Positions 18,832-28,876 of a stretch of DNA of 64,000 nt are shown in pieces (positions within the stretch are counted from its first letter, which is position 1; the number at the start of each line of letters is the position of its first letter). This DNA comes from an uncultured Candidatus Saccharibacteria bacterium (lineage in GTDB: Bacteria; Patescibacteriota; Minisyncoccia; Phycocordibacterales; PALSA-1337). The notes below the pieces were generated by a model that worked only from the letters and a program-made list of their open reading frames with translations, was not told the origin of the DNA and ran no database searches. The translations under genes and the position numbers were made by a program. The stretch lies in assembly GCA_964450345.1 (NCBI GenBank), contig CAYVEL010000001.1, positions 16,671-80,670 of the forward strand, given 5' to 3'.

Positions 18832-18889
18832 ATTTTTAAAATTAATATTCGAATTATACCTAAAAAAGGCTTTTTAAAACAAGTCCTTT

Positions 18890-21307
18890 CTACATTTCTC
18901 CCCAACTATTCCCTATTTCATATTCTGCTTTACAAACTACCCCTTTAGTTAAATCTTTAGAAACTGTATTTTCCATAATATCTTTAATTTCCTTTGCTAT
19001 CTTTTCAGCAATATTTTCTTTAACCTCTAAAACTAGTTCGTCGTGCACTTGCATTAGTATCTTTACATCATCACTTAACTTTTCCTTAACTAGATACTCA
19101 TATATTTTAACCATAGCAAGCTTAACAATATCAGCCTCTGTTCCCTGTATTGGAGCATTAATAGCCATTCTCTCTGACATTGCTCTAATAAAAGGCACTT
19201 TGGAATTAATACCTTCGAAATATCTTCTGCGGCCGAATAAAGTTACCGCGTAACCTGTTCTGGCCGTCTCTGCTTTAACTTTTTCTAAATAATTAGCTAG
19301 ACCGTTAAATGTCTCGAAATAATTATTATAGAATTCCTGCGCCGCTTTTCTGTCTCCCCCAATATTCTGTTTCAAAGCATTAACACCCATTCCATACATC
19401 ACACCGAAGTTAATAACCTTTGCTTTATTTCTCATCTCTTTGGTAACTTCGCTTGCTGGAATTTTAAATACTCTCGCAGCTACTTCTGTATGAACGTCTC
19501 TATCTTCCCTAAAAATCTCTAACATGTTTTCGTCTTCAGAAAGAAAAGCTGCTACTCGAATCTCTATTTGTGAATAATCTAGGGAAACTATTTTAAAACC
19601 CTTTTCAGCAATAAACGCATTTCTAATTTTTCTACCCGCTTCGCTCTTAATAGGTATATTCTGTAAATTAGGATTAGAAGACGACATTCTACCAGTAGTA
19701 GTTCCTGTCTGTTCAAAATGAGCATGAATTCTGCCATCCAGAGTAACTAGAGTTGGTAATGTGTCTATATATGTATTAACAAGCTTTGATAGCTCTCTGT
19801 GATCTAAAATAAGGGAGATTATAGGATGCGAATCCTTCATCTTTTGTAATTCTGATTCTTTTGTAGACTTTGCGCCTGTAGCGGTTTTCTTTACCTTTGT
19901 ACCACCGAGCATCATCTTATCGAAAAGCACTTCCCCGAGCTGTTTAGGTGAAGCAATATTAAATTCTACTCCAGCCATTTCCCAGATCTTTTTCTCTAGA
20001 TTTTTAATTTCTGCGTGATATTCCTCTCCGAGTTTTTTTAAATATTCTGTGTCTACCTTAACCCCGTTCTTTTCCATTACTTCTACTACGGGAATGAGAG
20101 GAATTTCTATATCTTCATATACCTTAGAAATTCCTCTCGTCTTTATTTCTTCATTAATTACTCTTTCAGCTTCTTTAATATTTTCTGTGGCTGTAATTTT
20201 TAAAATATCCTCTGCTGTTGGATTTGTGTAGTTTGAATCCAGAAGCCATGCGCCGATCTGAAGTCTTTTAAAATCAGCTGTTGATATAGCTGAAATATCT
20301 ACATTAGCAGAAGTAATGCCGTCGGGAGATTCTATTCCTTCAGAATCTTTAGAGGATTTTTTAGCACTTTTCGGAGCAGGTTCTCCTTTTACAAAAGCTT
20401 TAACACGATCAATAAGAGAGCGAAATTCTAAGTCTCTGTATAGATTTTCTGTCTCTTCTACATTTACTGCTTCTCTCCAATTTTTTTCTGGAAGAACGAA
20501 GTCTATTGGTGCATCTCTTCTTATAGTAGCGAGAACTTTTGAGAACATTGCCTCATCCTCTCCCTTTTCTAGAAGCTCAATTACTCTATCTTTAAAACCA
20601 GCGTCTTTAAATTCTTTTCTATTCTTTTTTAATTTTCTATAAATATTATCTAGATCTCCAAACTTTAATATCAAATCAGTAGCGGTCTTTTCACCAATAC
20701 CAGAAATTCCAATAATATTATCAGAAGTATCTCCGCGTAGACCTTTATAATCCACTAAAAGTTTAGGTTCAAATCCGAAACGCTCTTTCACTCCATCTTC
20801 GTCATACAGAGTGGTTTCTTTAATCCCTTTTTTAGGTGTGTAAACCTGAATCCTCTTTCCTTCAATAAGCTGAAGAGTATCCATATCACCCGAAGCAATA
20901 ATAATATCTACATCAGGATATTTTTCCTTTACCTGTTCAACAATAGTTCCGAGCATATCATCAGCCTCAAATCCGGGCTTATCATATTCGGGAATTCCCC
21001 AAGCATGAAAAACATCTCTCGAACGCTTAATCTGAGAAATTAATTCTGGATCAGCTTTCTTTCTGCCCGCTTTGTATTCCTTATACACCTCATGTCTGTG
21101 AGTAGGCTGTGGAAGATCGTAACAAGCGACAATATAATCTGGATGAAGCTTATCTATAATATTCATTATCATCAGAGACAGACCATAGAGAGCACCAGTA
21201 GCCTCGCCTTTACTTGAGGCAAAATCTGGAAGCGCATGATAAGCACGATGAAGAATCGCGTGAGTATCTAAAAGCACCAGCTTTTTTCTGTTCTGTTCTT
21301 TAGCCAT
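18890..21307 (-). CDS. polA: DNA polymerase I (5'-3' exonuclease plus polymerase; 3'-5' exonuclease region reduced)
   Basis: FEADD, GDTSDNI, TGRMSSSNPNLQNIP, DYSQIE, QVHDEL. Confidence 0.95.
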   Translation of the reverse strand: MAKEQNRKKLVLLDTHAILHRAYHALPDFASSKGEATGALYGLSLMIMNIIDKLHPDYIVACYDLPQPTHRHEVYKEYKAGRKKADPELISQIKRSRDVFHAWGIPEYDKPGFEADDMLGTIVEQVKEKYPDVDIIIASGDMDTLQLIEGKRIQVYTPKKGIKETTLYDEDGVKERFGFEPKLLVDYKGLRGDTSDNIIGISGIGEKTATDLILKFGDLDNIYRKLKKNRKEFKDAGFKDRVIELLEKGEDEAMFSKVLATIRRDAPIDFVLPEKNWREAVNVEETENLYRDLEFRSLIDRVKAFVKGEPAPKSAKKSSKDSEGIESPDGITSANVDISAISTADFKRLQIGAWLLDSNYTNPTAEDILKITATENIKEAERVINEEIKTRGISKVYEDIEIPLIPVVEVMEKNGVKVDTEYLKKLGEEYHAEIKNLEKKIWEMAGVEFNIASPKQLGEVLFDKMMLGGTKVKKTATGAKSTKESELQKMKDSHPIISLILDHRELSKLVNTYIDTLPTLVTLDGRIHAHFEQTGTTTGRMSSSNPNLQNIPIKSEAGRKIRNAFIAEKGFKIVSLDYSQIEIRVAAFLSEDENMLEIFREDRDVHTEVAARVFKIPASEVTKEMRNKAKVINFGVMYGMGVNALKQNIGGDRKAAQEFYNNYFETFNGLANYLEKVKAETARTGYAVTLFGRRRYFEGINSKVPFIRAMSERMAINAPIQGTEADIVKLAMVKIYEYLVKEKLSDDVKILMQVHDELVLEVKENIAEKIAKEIKDIMENTVSKDLTKGVVCKAEYEIGNSWGEM

Positions 21308-21328
21308 AATTAGGCTAAGTATATCAGA

Positions 21329-21775
21329 CTAGTAATTTACTTCCCTCTTGTCTGTTTCCAGATGTTTAAACGTAATTTTATAAGCGTTTTTAGGAATTGA
21401 TAGAGCCACTTTCTCAGGCCATTCAATAAAAATAATGTTCTTTGAATCTTTAATTAAATCGTTCCATTTCAAAGCTTCCATTTCTGTATCACTGTTTAAT
21501 CTATAAGCATCAATATGAATCATTCTCTCCCATCTCTCATGATTTAATGAATGAATTCTTTCAATAATAAAAGTCGGACTAATCACTCGTCCTTCTGCTT
21601 TTAATTCTTTTGCAATATTCTGAACGAAAGTGGTTTTACCTGCACCCAAATCACCAGAAAGCGCCACCACTAAAGCACCCCTGTCTTCTGTTTTTAAATT
21701 ATTTTCTAGGAATGTTAAATACTCTGTAGCAAAATCCGCCATTTCTGAAGCGCTATTTATAACTTTCGAAATCAT
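21329..21775 (-). CDS. tsaE: t6A biosynthesis ATPase TsaE
   Basis: LSGDLGAGKTTF, SPTF, HIDAYRL, IEWPE. Confidence 0.95.
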   Translation of the reverse strand: MISKVINSASEMADFATEYLTFLENNLKTEDRGALVVALSGDLGAGKTTFVQNIAKELKAEGRVISPTFIIERIHSLNHERWERMIHIDAYRLNSDTEMEALKWNDLIKDSKNIIFIEWPEKVALSIPKNAYKITFKHLETDKREVNY

Positions 21776-21860
21776 ATTTATATACTAAAGGATTATAGAC
21801 AAAAAGAAAGCCCCGCGAACATGAAGTTCGCGGGGCCCACTATGAAACCAACATTAAACA

Positions 21861-22886
21861 TCAATTCGGATCGTGCAAATATGCGCCGTCCGTTGAGTTG
21901 AAACCATCACCGAGCTGCCACCGTTTTTTATACACCACAGGACGTTCATCCACGGATGTATTATTTTCGGTAACTTCTTCAGTGATAGTCGAAGAGTTCG
22001 AGCGGGGATCATAAGTCACACTCGTATTTCCATATCCCCCTTTTTCCCTGTAGATGTATCTTCCAGATGAACCATCATAAAAGGTGAAACTGCTTTGAGG
22101 AGGCTGAGGGGCCAGTTCGTTCCCACCAAGTTCACGAACCTGTCCAGAAACCACACGAGTCCTTGTGTGGGTGGATGATGAGTAAGAATTTTTATTTTCC
22201 TCCACCACCCCATTACCACGAACCACGGGCTCGTAATAATTTCCGCGACCGTCAGAATAACCAACAGTAACGCTCGCACTCGCAGAAACACCACCAGAGA
22301 AGCGAGATCCGCCGCTGCCACTCCAAGTGTATGGGGTCGTGCTACTCCAAGAGTAGTTACCACTTCCCCTCGACTCATAGTGATCACCACGACGATGTCC
22401 GCGAGGTGCCGGTTGGCTATTGTTTTCGTAAGCATCCGGATTACCCTGCACCACATAAACAATCTGCGGAGGCGGCGCCTGAGGAGGAACCTGCAAAGCT
22501 TCACCAGCACTGATCCGGCGAACCGCCTCAGCCCTTCCGTAGTTCCCAGAATTAACCGAAACATTGTTTGACGGAGCTAAAGCAGAAGCAGAATTGGTTT
22601 CAGAAACCACCGCCGGCGCAGAATTAGAAACGGGTGCCTGAACGGGTGCTGGAGCTTGTGTAGGCGTAGGTTTTGGAGCCGATACCGGAACAACAGGAGT
22701 CTGCATTCCTTCATGTGCCGAAGTCACAGGGACATCGGGACGCGTAGGAGGAGCCACTTGTTTCGTTCCAGTAAACTCCGATGGACGGTTACTAGAAAAC
22801 TTAACCGCCCGACCACCATCACCAATACAACCAACTAAAGTAATCGAGCAAACGATTACCACTGAATTAATGAATATTGTTTTCAT
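21861..22886 (-). CDS. Hypothetical lipoprotein, Pro/Ser/Gly-rich
   Basis: Lipobox-like ITLVGC; GC-richer than neighbours; own promoter (TTGATT-17-TATAAT, 23022-22994) and terminator (21810-21836). Confidence 0.65.
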   Translation of the reverse strand: MKTIFINSVVIVCSITLVGCIGDGGRAVKFSSNRPSEFTGTKQVAPPTRPDVPVTSAHEGMQTPVVPVSAPKPTPTQAPAPVQAPVSNSAPAVVSETNSASALAPSNNVSVNSGNYGRAEAVRRISAGEALQVPPQAPPPQIVYVVQGNPDAYENNSQPAPRGHRRGDHYESRGSGNYSWSSTTPYTWSGSGGSRFSGGVSASASVTVGYSDGRGNYYEPVVRGNGVVEENKNSYSSSTHTRTRVVSGQVRELGGNELAPQPPQSSFTFYDGSSGRYIYREKGGYGNTSVTYDPRSNSSTITEEVTENNTSVDERPVVYKKRWQLGDGFNSTDGAYLHDPN

Positions 22887-23101
22887 ATTTTAAAGACCAT
22901 TCGTTTCAATCATTTTTGGGTATCTTTTTCTGTTTTCACACACCAACAGGGTGTGTGAACTAACCGTGAATACCCCTTTTCTTATTTACTCATATTATAC
23001 CATATATATTAAAATAAATCAATAGGTTAAAACCCCTTAAAATAAGGGTAATTTCCACTAATTAACTGCCTATTCTATTCATAGTGTGATAAAATTTAGA
23101 C

Positions 23102-24769
23102 ATGTTAAATTTCGATGAGGATAAGCATAATAGTAGACTTAAAGATTTAAGAAAAAAGGAAGAGGAAGACCTAGCACAGATAATCGCTTCTAGGCATGGT
23201 CTTGGTTATGCTGATCTATCTAGCGTATCTATATCTGGAGACGCTCTAAAAACAGTGGACGAAAAAGATGCAAGAGAGGCAAACATTGCGCCCTTTACCC
23301 TAAAAGACAACAGATTAAAAGTAGCTATACTATCCCCCGCTGACGAAAAGACACAGATGGCATTAAAAGAATTAGAGAGAAAAGGTTACATAAACGAATT
23401 ATACGTCGCATCTACATTAAGCTTAGCTAGAGCTTGGGAAACATATAAAGAATTGAACAGCACACACGCAACATCCGCAGGATCTGTAAGTATTTCAAAT
23501 GATGAAATCGTTAAAGTTATCGATTCAAAACCTCACATAGAAGACATCCAGAAAAGCATCGCTGAGTTATTAGAAAACAAAAGTGGATACAGAACTTCTA
23601 GAATTCTTGAATATATTATCGCTGGAGCATTAGCTACAGAAGCATCAGACATACACATCGAACCAGAAGAAGGATACACTCGTGTTAGATATAGATTGGA
23701 TGGTGTACTTAACGATGTGGTACAGATTGATTTAATTACATATAACCTAATTCTTTCCAGAATTAAGCTTATTTCTGGCCTTAAACTAAACATTAAAAAA
23801 GATTCTCAGGACGGTCGTTTCAGTATTAAACTTCAAACAAAAAGCATAGAAGTGAGAACATCTATTCTTCCTGGTGCATACAGTGAATCAATCGTGATGA
23901 GAATTCTAAATCCAGATTCTATTGCTGTACCTTTCGAATCTCTTGGTATTGAACCGAAATTGATGGAAGTTTTCCTAAGAGAAATAGCTAGACCAGAAGG
24001 TATGATTCTTACCACAGGTCCAACAGGTTCTGGTAAGACCACCACTCTTTATGCTTTCCTAAGAAAGATTCATTCTCCTGATGTAAAAATAATCACCATC
24101 GAAGACCCTATTGAATATCACCTACCAGGAATAGTGCAGACACAAGTTAACGAGGAAGGTTACACATTCCTAGATGGTCTACGTGCAGCATTAAGACAAG
24201 ACCCTGAAATAATCATGGTCGGTGAAATTCGAGATTCAGAAACAGCAAAAATTGCTATTAACTCTGCCCAAACAGGTCACTTGGTTTTCTCAACACTACA
24301 CACGAATAGCGCCGCTGGTGCCTTCCCTCGTCTAATCGACCTAGGAGTTAACCCAAACGTTATTACTTCATCTATTAACTTAGTTATTGGTCAGAGACTA
24401 GTGAGATGTTTATGTAAATTCTGTAAAAAAGAAGTCCCTATCGAAGGTGAAACAAAAGCTCTTATAGATAGAATATATGCGAGAATCCCGGAAGATTTCA
24501 AAGGAGTTCAAACAGAAAAAATGTGGATGGCTGTAGGATGCTTAAAATGTAATAAAACAGGATACAAGAGCAGAACAGGAATACACGAAGTAATACTAAC
24601 AAAAGATTCTGCCGTAGAAGCCCAAATCGTAAGACAGGCCAGCGCTCGTGAAATAGCAGAAACCGCTAGATCACAAAAAATCCCCAACCTAGCTGAAGAT
24701 GGAATACTTAAAGTATTAAGTGGTACCACTTCCCTAGATGAGGTTCAAAGAGTAGTTGATATACAATAG
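23102..24769 (+). CDS. pilB: PilB/GspE family secretion/pilus assembly ATPase
   Basis: ASDIHIEP, GPTGSGKTTTLY, TIEDPIEY, LRQDPE, GEIRD, TGHLVFSTLHTN, CxxC pairs. Confidence 0.88.
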   Translation: MLNFDEDKHNSRLKDLRKKEEEDLAQIIASRHGLGYADLSSVSISGDALKTVDEKDAREANIAPFTLKDNRLKVAILSPADEKTQMALKELERKGYINELYVASTLSLARAWETYKELNSTHATSAGSVSISNDEIVKVIDSKPHIEDIQKSIAELLENKSGYRTSRILEYIIAGALATEASDIHIEPEEGYTRVRYRLDGVLNDVVQIDLITYNLILSRIKLISGLKLNIKKDSQDGRFSIKLQTKSIEVRTSILPGAYSESIVMRILNPDSIAVPFESLGIEPKLMEVFLREIARPEGMILTTGPTGSGKTTTLYAFLRKIHSPDVKIITIEDPIEYHLPGIVQTQVNEEGYTFLDGLRAALRQDPEIIMVGEIRDSETAKIAINSAQTGHLVFSTLHTNSAAGAFPRLIDLGVNPNVITSSINLVIGQRLVRCLCKFCKKEVPIEGETKALIDRIYARIPEDFKGVQTEKMWMAVGCLKCNKTGYKSRTGIHEVILTKDSAVEAQIVRQASAREIAETARSQKIPNLAEDGILKVLSGTTSLDEVQRVVDIQ

Positions 24770-24837
24770 ATATTTACTACAGTGTCAATTGAAATATATC
24801 CTTAAAAGGTTATAGTTATAAGTAAGAGTTTGTTGAA

Positions 24838-25012
24838 AATAACAAAGCACATAAATCTCCAGGCAATACTTTAGAAGTGATCATCAAAAGTTGGGAAAAA
24901 GCCCGAGGATAACCCCAGTCACTCTGTCGAAACAGAAACCAGAACGTCCTTAAGTTAGTTCCTTAATACGCCTCTTACGAGGCGGAATCGTCTGGAGATT
25001 TATACGCTTGTT
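24838..25012. ncRNA. Candidate structured RNA between pilB and ruvB
   Basis: Long closing helix 24846-24862/24992-25008; internal hairpins read cTGT-TTCG-ACAg and CCTC-GTAA-GAGG on the minus strand. Confidence 0.45.
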
Positions 25013-25080
25013 AATACTTGTTAACTAGCTTTTTATATTGTTAAGTGTTTCGTAGATTAGTTTAGCATAAACCCACATCA

Positions 25081-26121
25081 ATGTCAACCCCTAAAGGCCA
25101 AGAGAAGAGTTCCTCTCCCAAAGATGAAAATAACGGCCAAGAATATGGCTTTTTAGACCAGACACTACGACCATCGAAATGGGATGAATATATTGGTCAA
25201 GAAAACATAAAGAAGAATTTACATATTTTATTAACTGCAGCAAAACAGAGAAATCACCCTCCAGAACACATATTATTTTACGGTCCACCAGGTTTAGGTA
25301 AGACCACCCTCGCCCATTTGATAGCAAAAGAGACAGGAGCACAGATGAAAGTAACTTCTGGTCCTGCAATTTTAAAAGTTGGAGACCTTGCTTCAATTTT
25401 AACGAATTTATCTAACGGTGATATTTTATTTATTGATGAAATTCATAGACTAAACAAAACCATTGAAGAGGTTTTATATCCTGCTATGGAGTCTGGTGCT
25501 ATTGATATTATTATTGGTAAGGGTCCTTCTGCTAGAACTATCCAGCTCGAGCTTCCTAAATTCACACTTATCGCAGCCACCACTAGAATAGCGATGATTT
25601 CCTCCCCTCTTCGTTCTAGATTCTCTGGAGGAACATTTAGACTTGAATTTTATAATCAGAAAGAGATAGAGAGAATCATCGAAAGATCTGCAAAGATTCT
25701 TGGTGTTAAAATCGAACCAGAAGCTATGGAAGAAATCTCGAAAAGAAGCCGTTTTACACCTAGAACAGCAAACTATTTTCTAAAGAGATGCAGAGATTAT
25801 GCTCAAGTTAACGATAGACAGCTTGATAAAAAGTCTGTTGAAGAAGCTTTATCACTACTGCAAGTAGACCACAAAGGTTTAACAGAGAATGACAGAAAAC
25901 TACTACTAACCATGATAGAAAAATTTAAAGGTGGACCAGTAGGACTTAATACTATTGCGGCAGCACTATCAGAAGAAGAGGCTACTATTGAAGAATATAA
26001 TGAACCATATCTAATTCAGATCGGATTAATAGAGAGAACCCCACGCGGAAGAACTGTTACAGAACTTGGATACGCACACTTAAATATAGACGCTGATAAA
26101 TATATAAATAAAAAGAAATAA
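25081..26121 (+). CDS. ruvB: Holliday junction branch migration helicase RuvB
   Basis: LRP, GPPGLGKTTLA, FIDEIHR, EPYL, RTPRGR. Confidence 0.97.
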   Translation: MSTPKGQEKSSSPKDENNGQEYGFLDQTLRPSKWDEYIGQENIKKNLHILLTAAKQRNHPPEHILFYGPPGLGKTTLAHLIAKETGAQMKVTSGPAILKVGDLASILTNLSNGDILFIDEIHRLNKTIEEVLYPAMESGAIDIIIGKGPSARTIQLELPKFTLIAATTRIAMISSPLRSRFSGGTFRLEFYNQKEIERIIERSAKILGVKIEPEAMEEISKRSRFTPRTANYFLKRCRDYAQVNDRQLDKKSVEEALSLLQVDHKGLTENDRKLLLTMIEKFKGGPVGLNTIAAALSEEEATIEEYNEPYLIQIGLIERTPRGRTVTELGYAHLNIDADKYINKKK

Positions 26122-26176
26122 GCGAGAACAGTGGTTTATTTTAATAAGATAAAAACTTTAGTTTAAAAATAAAAAC

Positions 26177-26704
26177 ATGTCAGGACATAATAAATTTTCA
26201 AAAATTAAACACATAAAAGCTAAGACCGACGCTCAAAAAAGTAAGGCTTTCGCAAAGATCTCTAAACTTATTTCTGCTGAAGCAAAAAAATCTAATGGAA
26301 ACGTTAATTCTCCAGGTCTAAAAACAGCTATTGAAAAAGGACGTGCTGTTAATATGCCCAACGATACTATTGAGAGAGCTATTAAAAAAGCTACTGATAC
26401 AAACGTAGAAATGGAATCAGTGCAGTACGAAACATACGGACCAGGTGGTGTGGCTATTATTATTGAAGGACTAACAGACAACAGAAATAGAACTGCGCCT
26501 GAAATAAAGAATATTCTTAAGAATCACGGATTAGAATTAAGTAACCCAGGAAGCGCTTCATGGGCATTTACTAAAATAGACAATGTTCTAACACCACAGA
26601 CCACTATCCCCCTAGGAGAGGAAGATTCTAATAAACTTCTAGAAATAATCGAAGCACTAGAAGAACATGATGATGTTCAAGAAATCTACACAAACGCTGA
26701 ATAA
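26177..26704 (+). CDS. yebC: YebC/PmpR family protein (short form)
   Basis: MSGHNKFSKIKH, YETYGPGG, TDNRNRT, DDVQEIYTN. Confidence 0.93.
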   Translation: MSGHNKFSKIKHIKAKTDAQKSKAFAKISKLISAEAKKSNGNVNSPGLKTAIEKGRAVNMPNDTIERAIKKATDTNVEMESVQYETYGPGGVAIIIEGLTDNRNRTAPEIKNILKNHGLELSNPGSASWAFTKIDNVLTPQTTIPLGEEDSNKLLEIIEALEEHDDVQEIYTNAE

Positions 26705-26709
26705 TTTCT

Positions 26710-27237
26710 ATGTTAAGAGATTCTAAAAATAATAATTTAGAAATAAGTAAATCTGAAAAACACTCTGTCGTACTAGGAATAGATCCTGGATATGAGAGGC
26801 TTGGAATTTGTATTGTCGAAAAAGATAAAGGCAAAAAAGAAACCTTGACCTTCTCTGACTGTATAAGAACAAACCCTAAAATGTCTTTCTCTGACAGGCT
26901 TTTAGAAATTGGTAATGCAATAGAAAGTATCATCGAAGAATTTGGTCCCACAGAGTTAGCTACAGAAAACCTATTCTTATCGATGAACCAAAAGACCGCA
27001 ATGAGAGTAGCTGAAACTCGTGGAGTTATATTATTTCTATCTAGAAAATACGGGCTAAGTATTAACGAATATACCCCAATGCAGATTAAACTAGCCATAA
27101 CCAGCTATGGTAAATCAGACAAAAAACAAATGATTAGTATGGTTCAAAAGCTAATAAAGATAGATAAGCCGGACGCTTTAGATGACGAATATGACGCTAT
27201 AGCGGTAGCACTCACCCACCTCGCAATTAAAAAATAG
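26710..27237 (+). CDS. ruvC: Crossover junction endodeoxyribonuclease RuvC
   Basis: LGIDPG, ENLF, EYTP..IK, YGKSDKKQ, DDEYDAIAVAL. Confidence 0.95.
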   Translation: MLRDSKNNNLEISKSEKHSVVLGIDPGYERLGICIVEKDKGKKETLTFSDCIRTNPKMSFSDRLLEIGNAIESIIEEFGPTELATENLFLSMNQKTAMRVAETRGVILFLSRKYGLSINEYTPMQIKLAITSYGKSDKKQMISMVQKLIKIDKPDALDDEYDAIAVALTHLAIKK

Positions 27238-27321
27238 TTTTCCACAATTAGACTGTGTTGCAAGACGTTTTCTCTTTTGGTACAAATAGCGCAATAATTA
27301 TTTAAATAATTTTTAGAGATT

Positions 27322-27543
27322 ATGCCAACAAAGAAAAAAGAGGTGACGAACAAAAAAGTTGCTGACAAAAATAAAAATGTAAAAAATTCAAAGGATTTGA
27401 AGAAGAAGCCTGCAGTAGTAACTCCAGAGGATGAGGAAGAAACTGATGCTGACACAAACCTTAATGTTATAGATCCGGAAGTATATGAGGAAGGAATGTT
27501 AGATGACGACATAGATCCTTTTGGAGACAAATACGAAGAATAA
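27322..27543 (+). CDS. Small hypothetical protein with basic N-half and acidic C-half
   Basis: 73-aa ORF followed by a strong terminator at 27541-27586. Confidence 0.6.
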   Translation: MPTKKKEVTNKKVADKNKNVKNSKDLKKKPAVVTPEDEEETDADTNLNVIDPEVYEEGMLDDDIDPFGDKYEE

Positions 27544-27585
27544 TTAAAAGCGCTCGGCCTATACTTAGGCCGAGCGCTTTTAATT
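27542..27585. terminator. Bidirectional terminator
   Basis: AATTAAAAGCGCTCGGCCTA-TACT-TAGGCCGAGCGCTTTTAATT. Confidence 0.8.
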
Positions 27586-27604
27586 TTAAAACAAATTTTA
27601 GATT

Positions 27605-28831
27605 TTAATTTATATCTATCTTTATAAATCTTCTCTTACCAATCTTCCAGACTGCTGTTTTTTCTACTTTATAATCAAAAGACTTTATTGGCTCTCCCCC
27701 TATTTCTGAAACCGCACCCTCCTCTACCAATCTCTTAAATTCTCCTTTTGATTTAACTAGTCCTGACTCAGAAATTATATCTATTAATAATTTTCCTTTT
27801 GAGGACTTAATCACATCTATATTTTCTGGGGTCTCACCCTTTGAGAAAGTTCTCTCGAAAGCAGCAGATGCTTTATTAGCTTCTTCATTACCATGATAAA
27901 CAGATACTATTTCTTTTGCTAAATGAACCTTGTGAGCTTTTGGATTATCACCTTTCTTAAGTGATTCTTTTATTCTTTCAATTTCTTCTTCTGAAACATA
28001 GGTGCATAATTCAAAACCTGGAATAATTAGATTATCTCCCCAACTCATAACCTTGCCAAACATATCTGTAGGAGTCTGATCTAAACTAACCATATTACCT
28101 TCTGTCTTACCCATTTTTGCACCAGAAGAATCTGTAAGAAGCTTTGAAGTTATTACGAATTTGTCTTTATTTTTTAACATCTTAATAAGATCACGACCCA
28201 TTAACATATTAAAAGTCTGATCATTGCCTCCTATCTCTCCATCAACATCCATGGCCACAGAATCATAACCCTGCATTAGAGGATACATAAACTCATGAAT
28301 ATATACAGGTTTTCCTTCAGACACTCTCTTTTCGAACATATCTCTCTTCAACATTTGTTCAACAGTAACTAGAGAACTTAATTCTAGAACATCTGCGAAA
28401 GTCAGCTTTGCTAACCATTTTGAGTTATATTGTAATATAGCTGGATTTTCACCATCAAACTTAAGAAAGGCTTCCGCTTGTTTCTTATAGTGTCTAGCAT
28501 TTTCTAAAACCTGCTCTCTGGTTAATTTCTTTCTGGTAGCTTTCTTATCTGTAGGGTCACCGATCATTCCGGTAAAGTCACCGATAAGTAGAATAACCTT
28601 ATGACCAAGATCTTGAAATTCTTTAAGCTTCTTAAGCACAATAGCGTGCCCCAAGTGTAGTGTTGGTCCTGTTGGATCAACTCCTAAATATATTGTTTGA
28701 ATCTTACCAGACAAAAGTTTGGATTTTAAATAATCCTTACTAGGGTAAATATTCTCGACTCCCCTGTTTAGGAATCTATCTATTACTGCGGGGTCTGTAT
28801 TGACCACTGATTTTTTATTAAACCAAAACAT
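27605..28831 (-). CDS. tyrS: Tyrosine--tRNA ligase
   Basis: GVDPTGPTLHLGH, YPLMQGYD, GGNDQ, KMGKT, S4 domain; start probably MFWF at 28831. Confidence 0.96.
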   Translation of the reverse strand: MFWFNKKSVVNTDPAVIDRFLNRGVENIYPSKDYLKSKLLSGKIQTIYLGVDPTGPTLHLGHAIVLKKLKEFQDLGHKVILLIGDFTGMIGDPTDKKATRKKLTREQVLENARHYKKQAEAFLKFDGENPAILQYNSKWLAKLTFADVLELSSLVTVEQMLKRDMFEKRVSEGKPVYIHEFMYPLMQGYDSVAMDVDGEIGGNDQTFNMLMGRDLIKMLKNKDKFVITSKLLTDSSGAKMGKTEGNMVSLDQTPTDMFGKVMSWGDNLIIPGFELCTYVSEEEIERIKESLKKGDNPKAHKVHLAKEIVSVYHGNEEANKASAAFERTFSKGETPENIDVIKSSKGKLLIDIISESGLVKSKGEFKRLVEEGAVSEIGGEPIKSFDYKVEKTAVWKIGKRRFIKIDIN

Positions 28832-28876
28832 ATAGTAATAAATTACCATATTAGACATATATGGTAAAATTATAGA

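Noticed and set aside
22016-22838. Alternative-frame ORFs overlapping the lipoprotein gene
   Set aside because: Expected by chance in GC-richer, stop-poor sequence; no motifs or independent start signals
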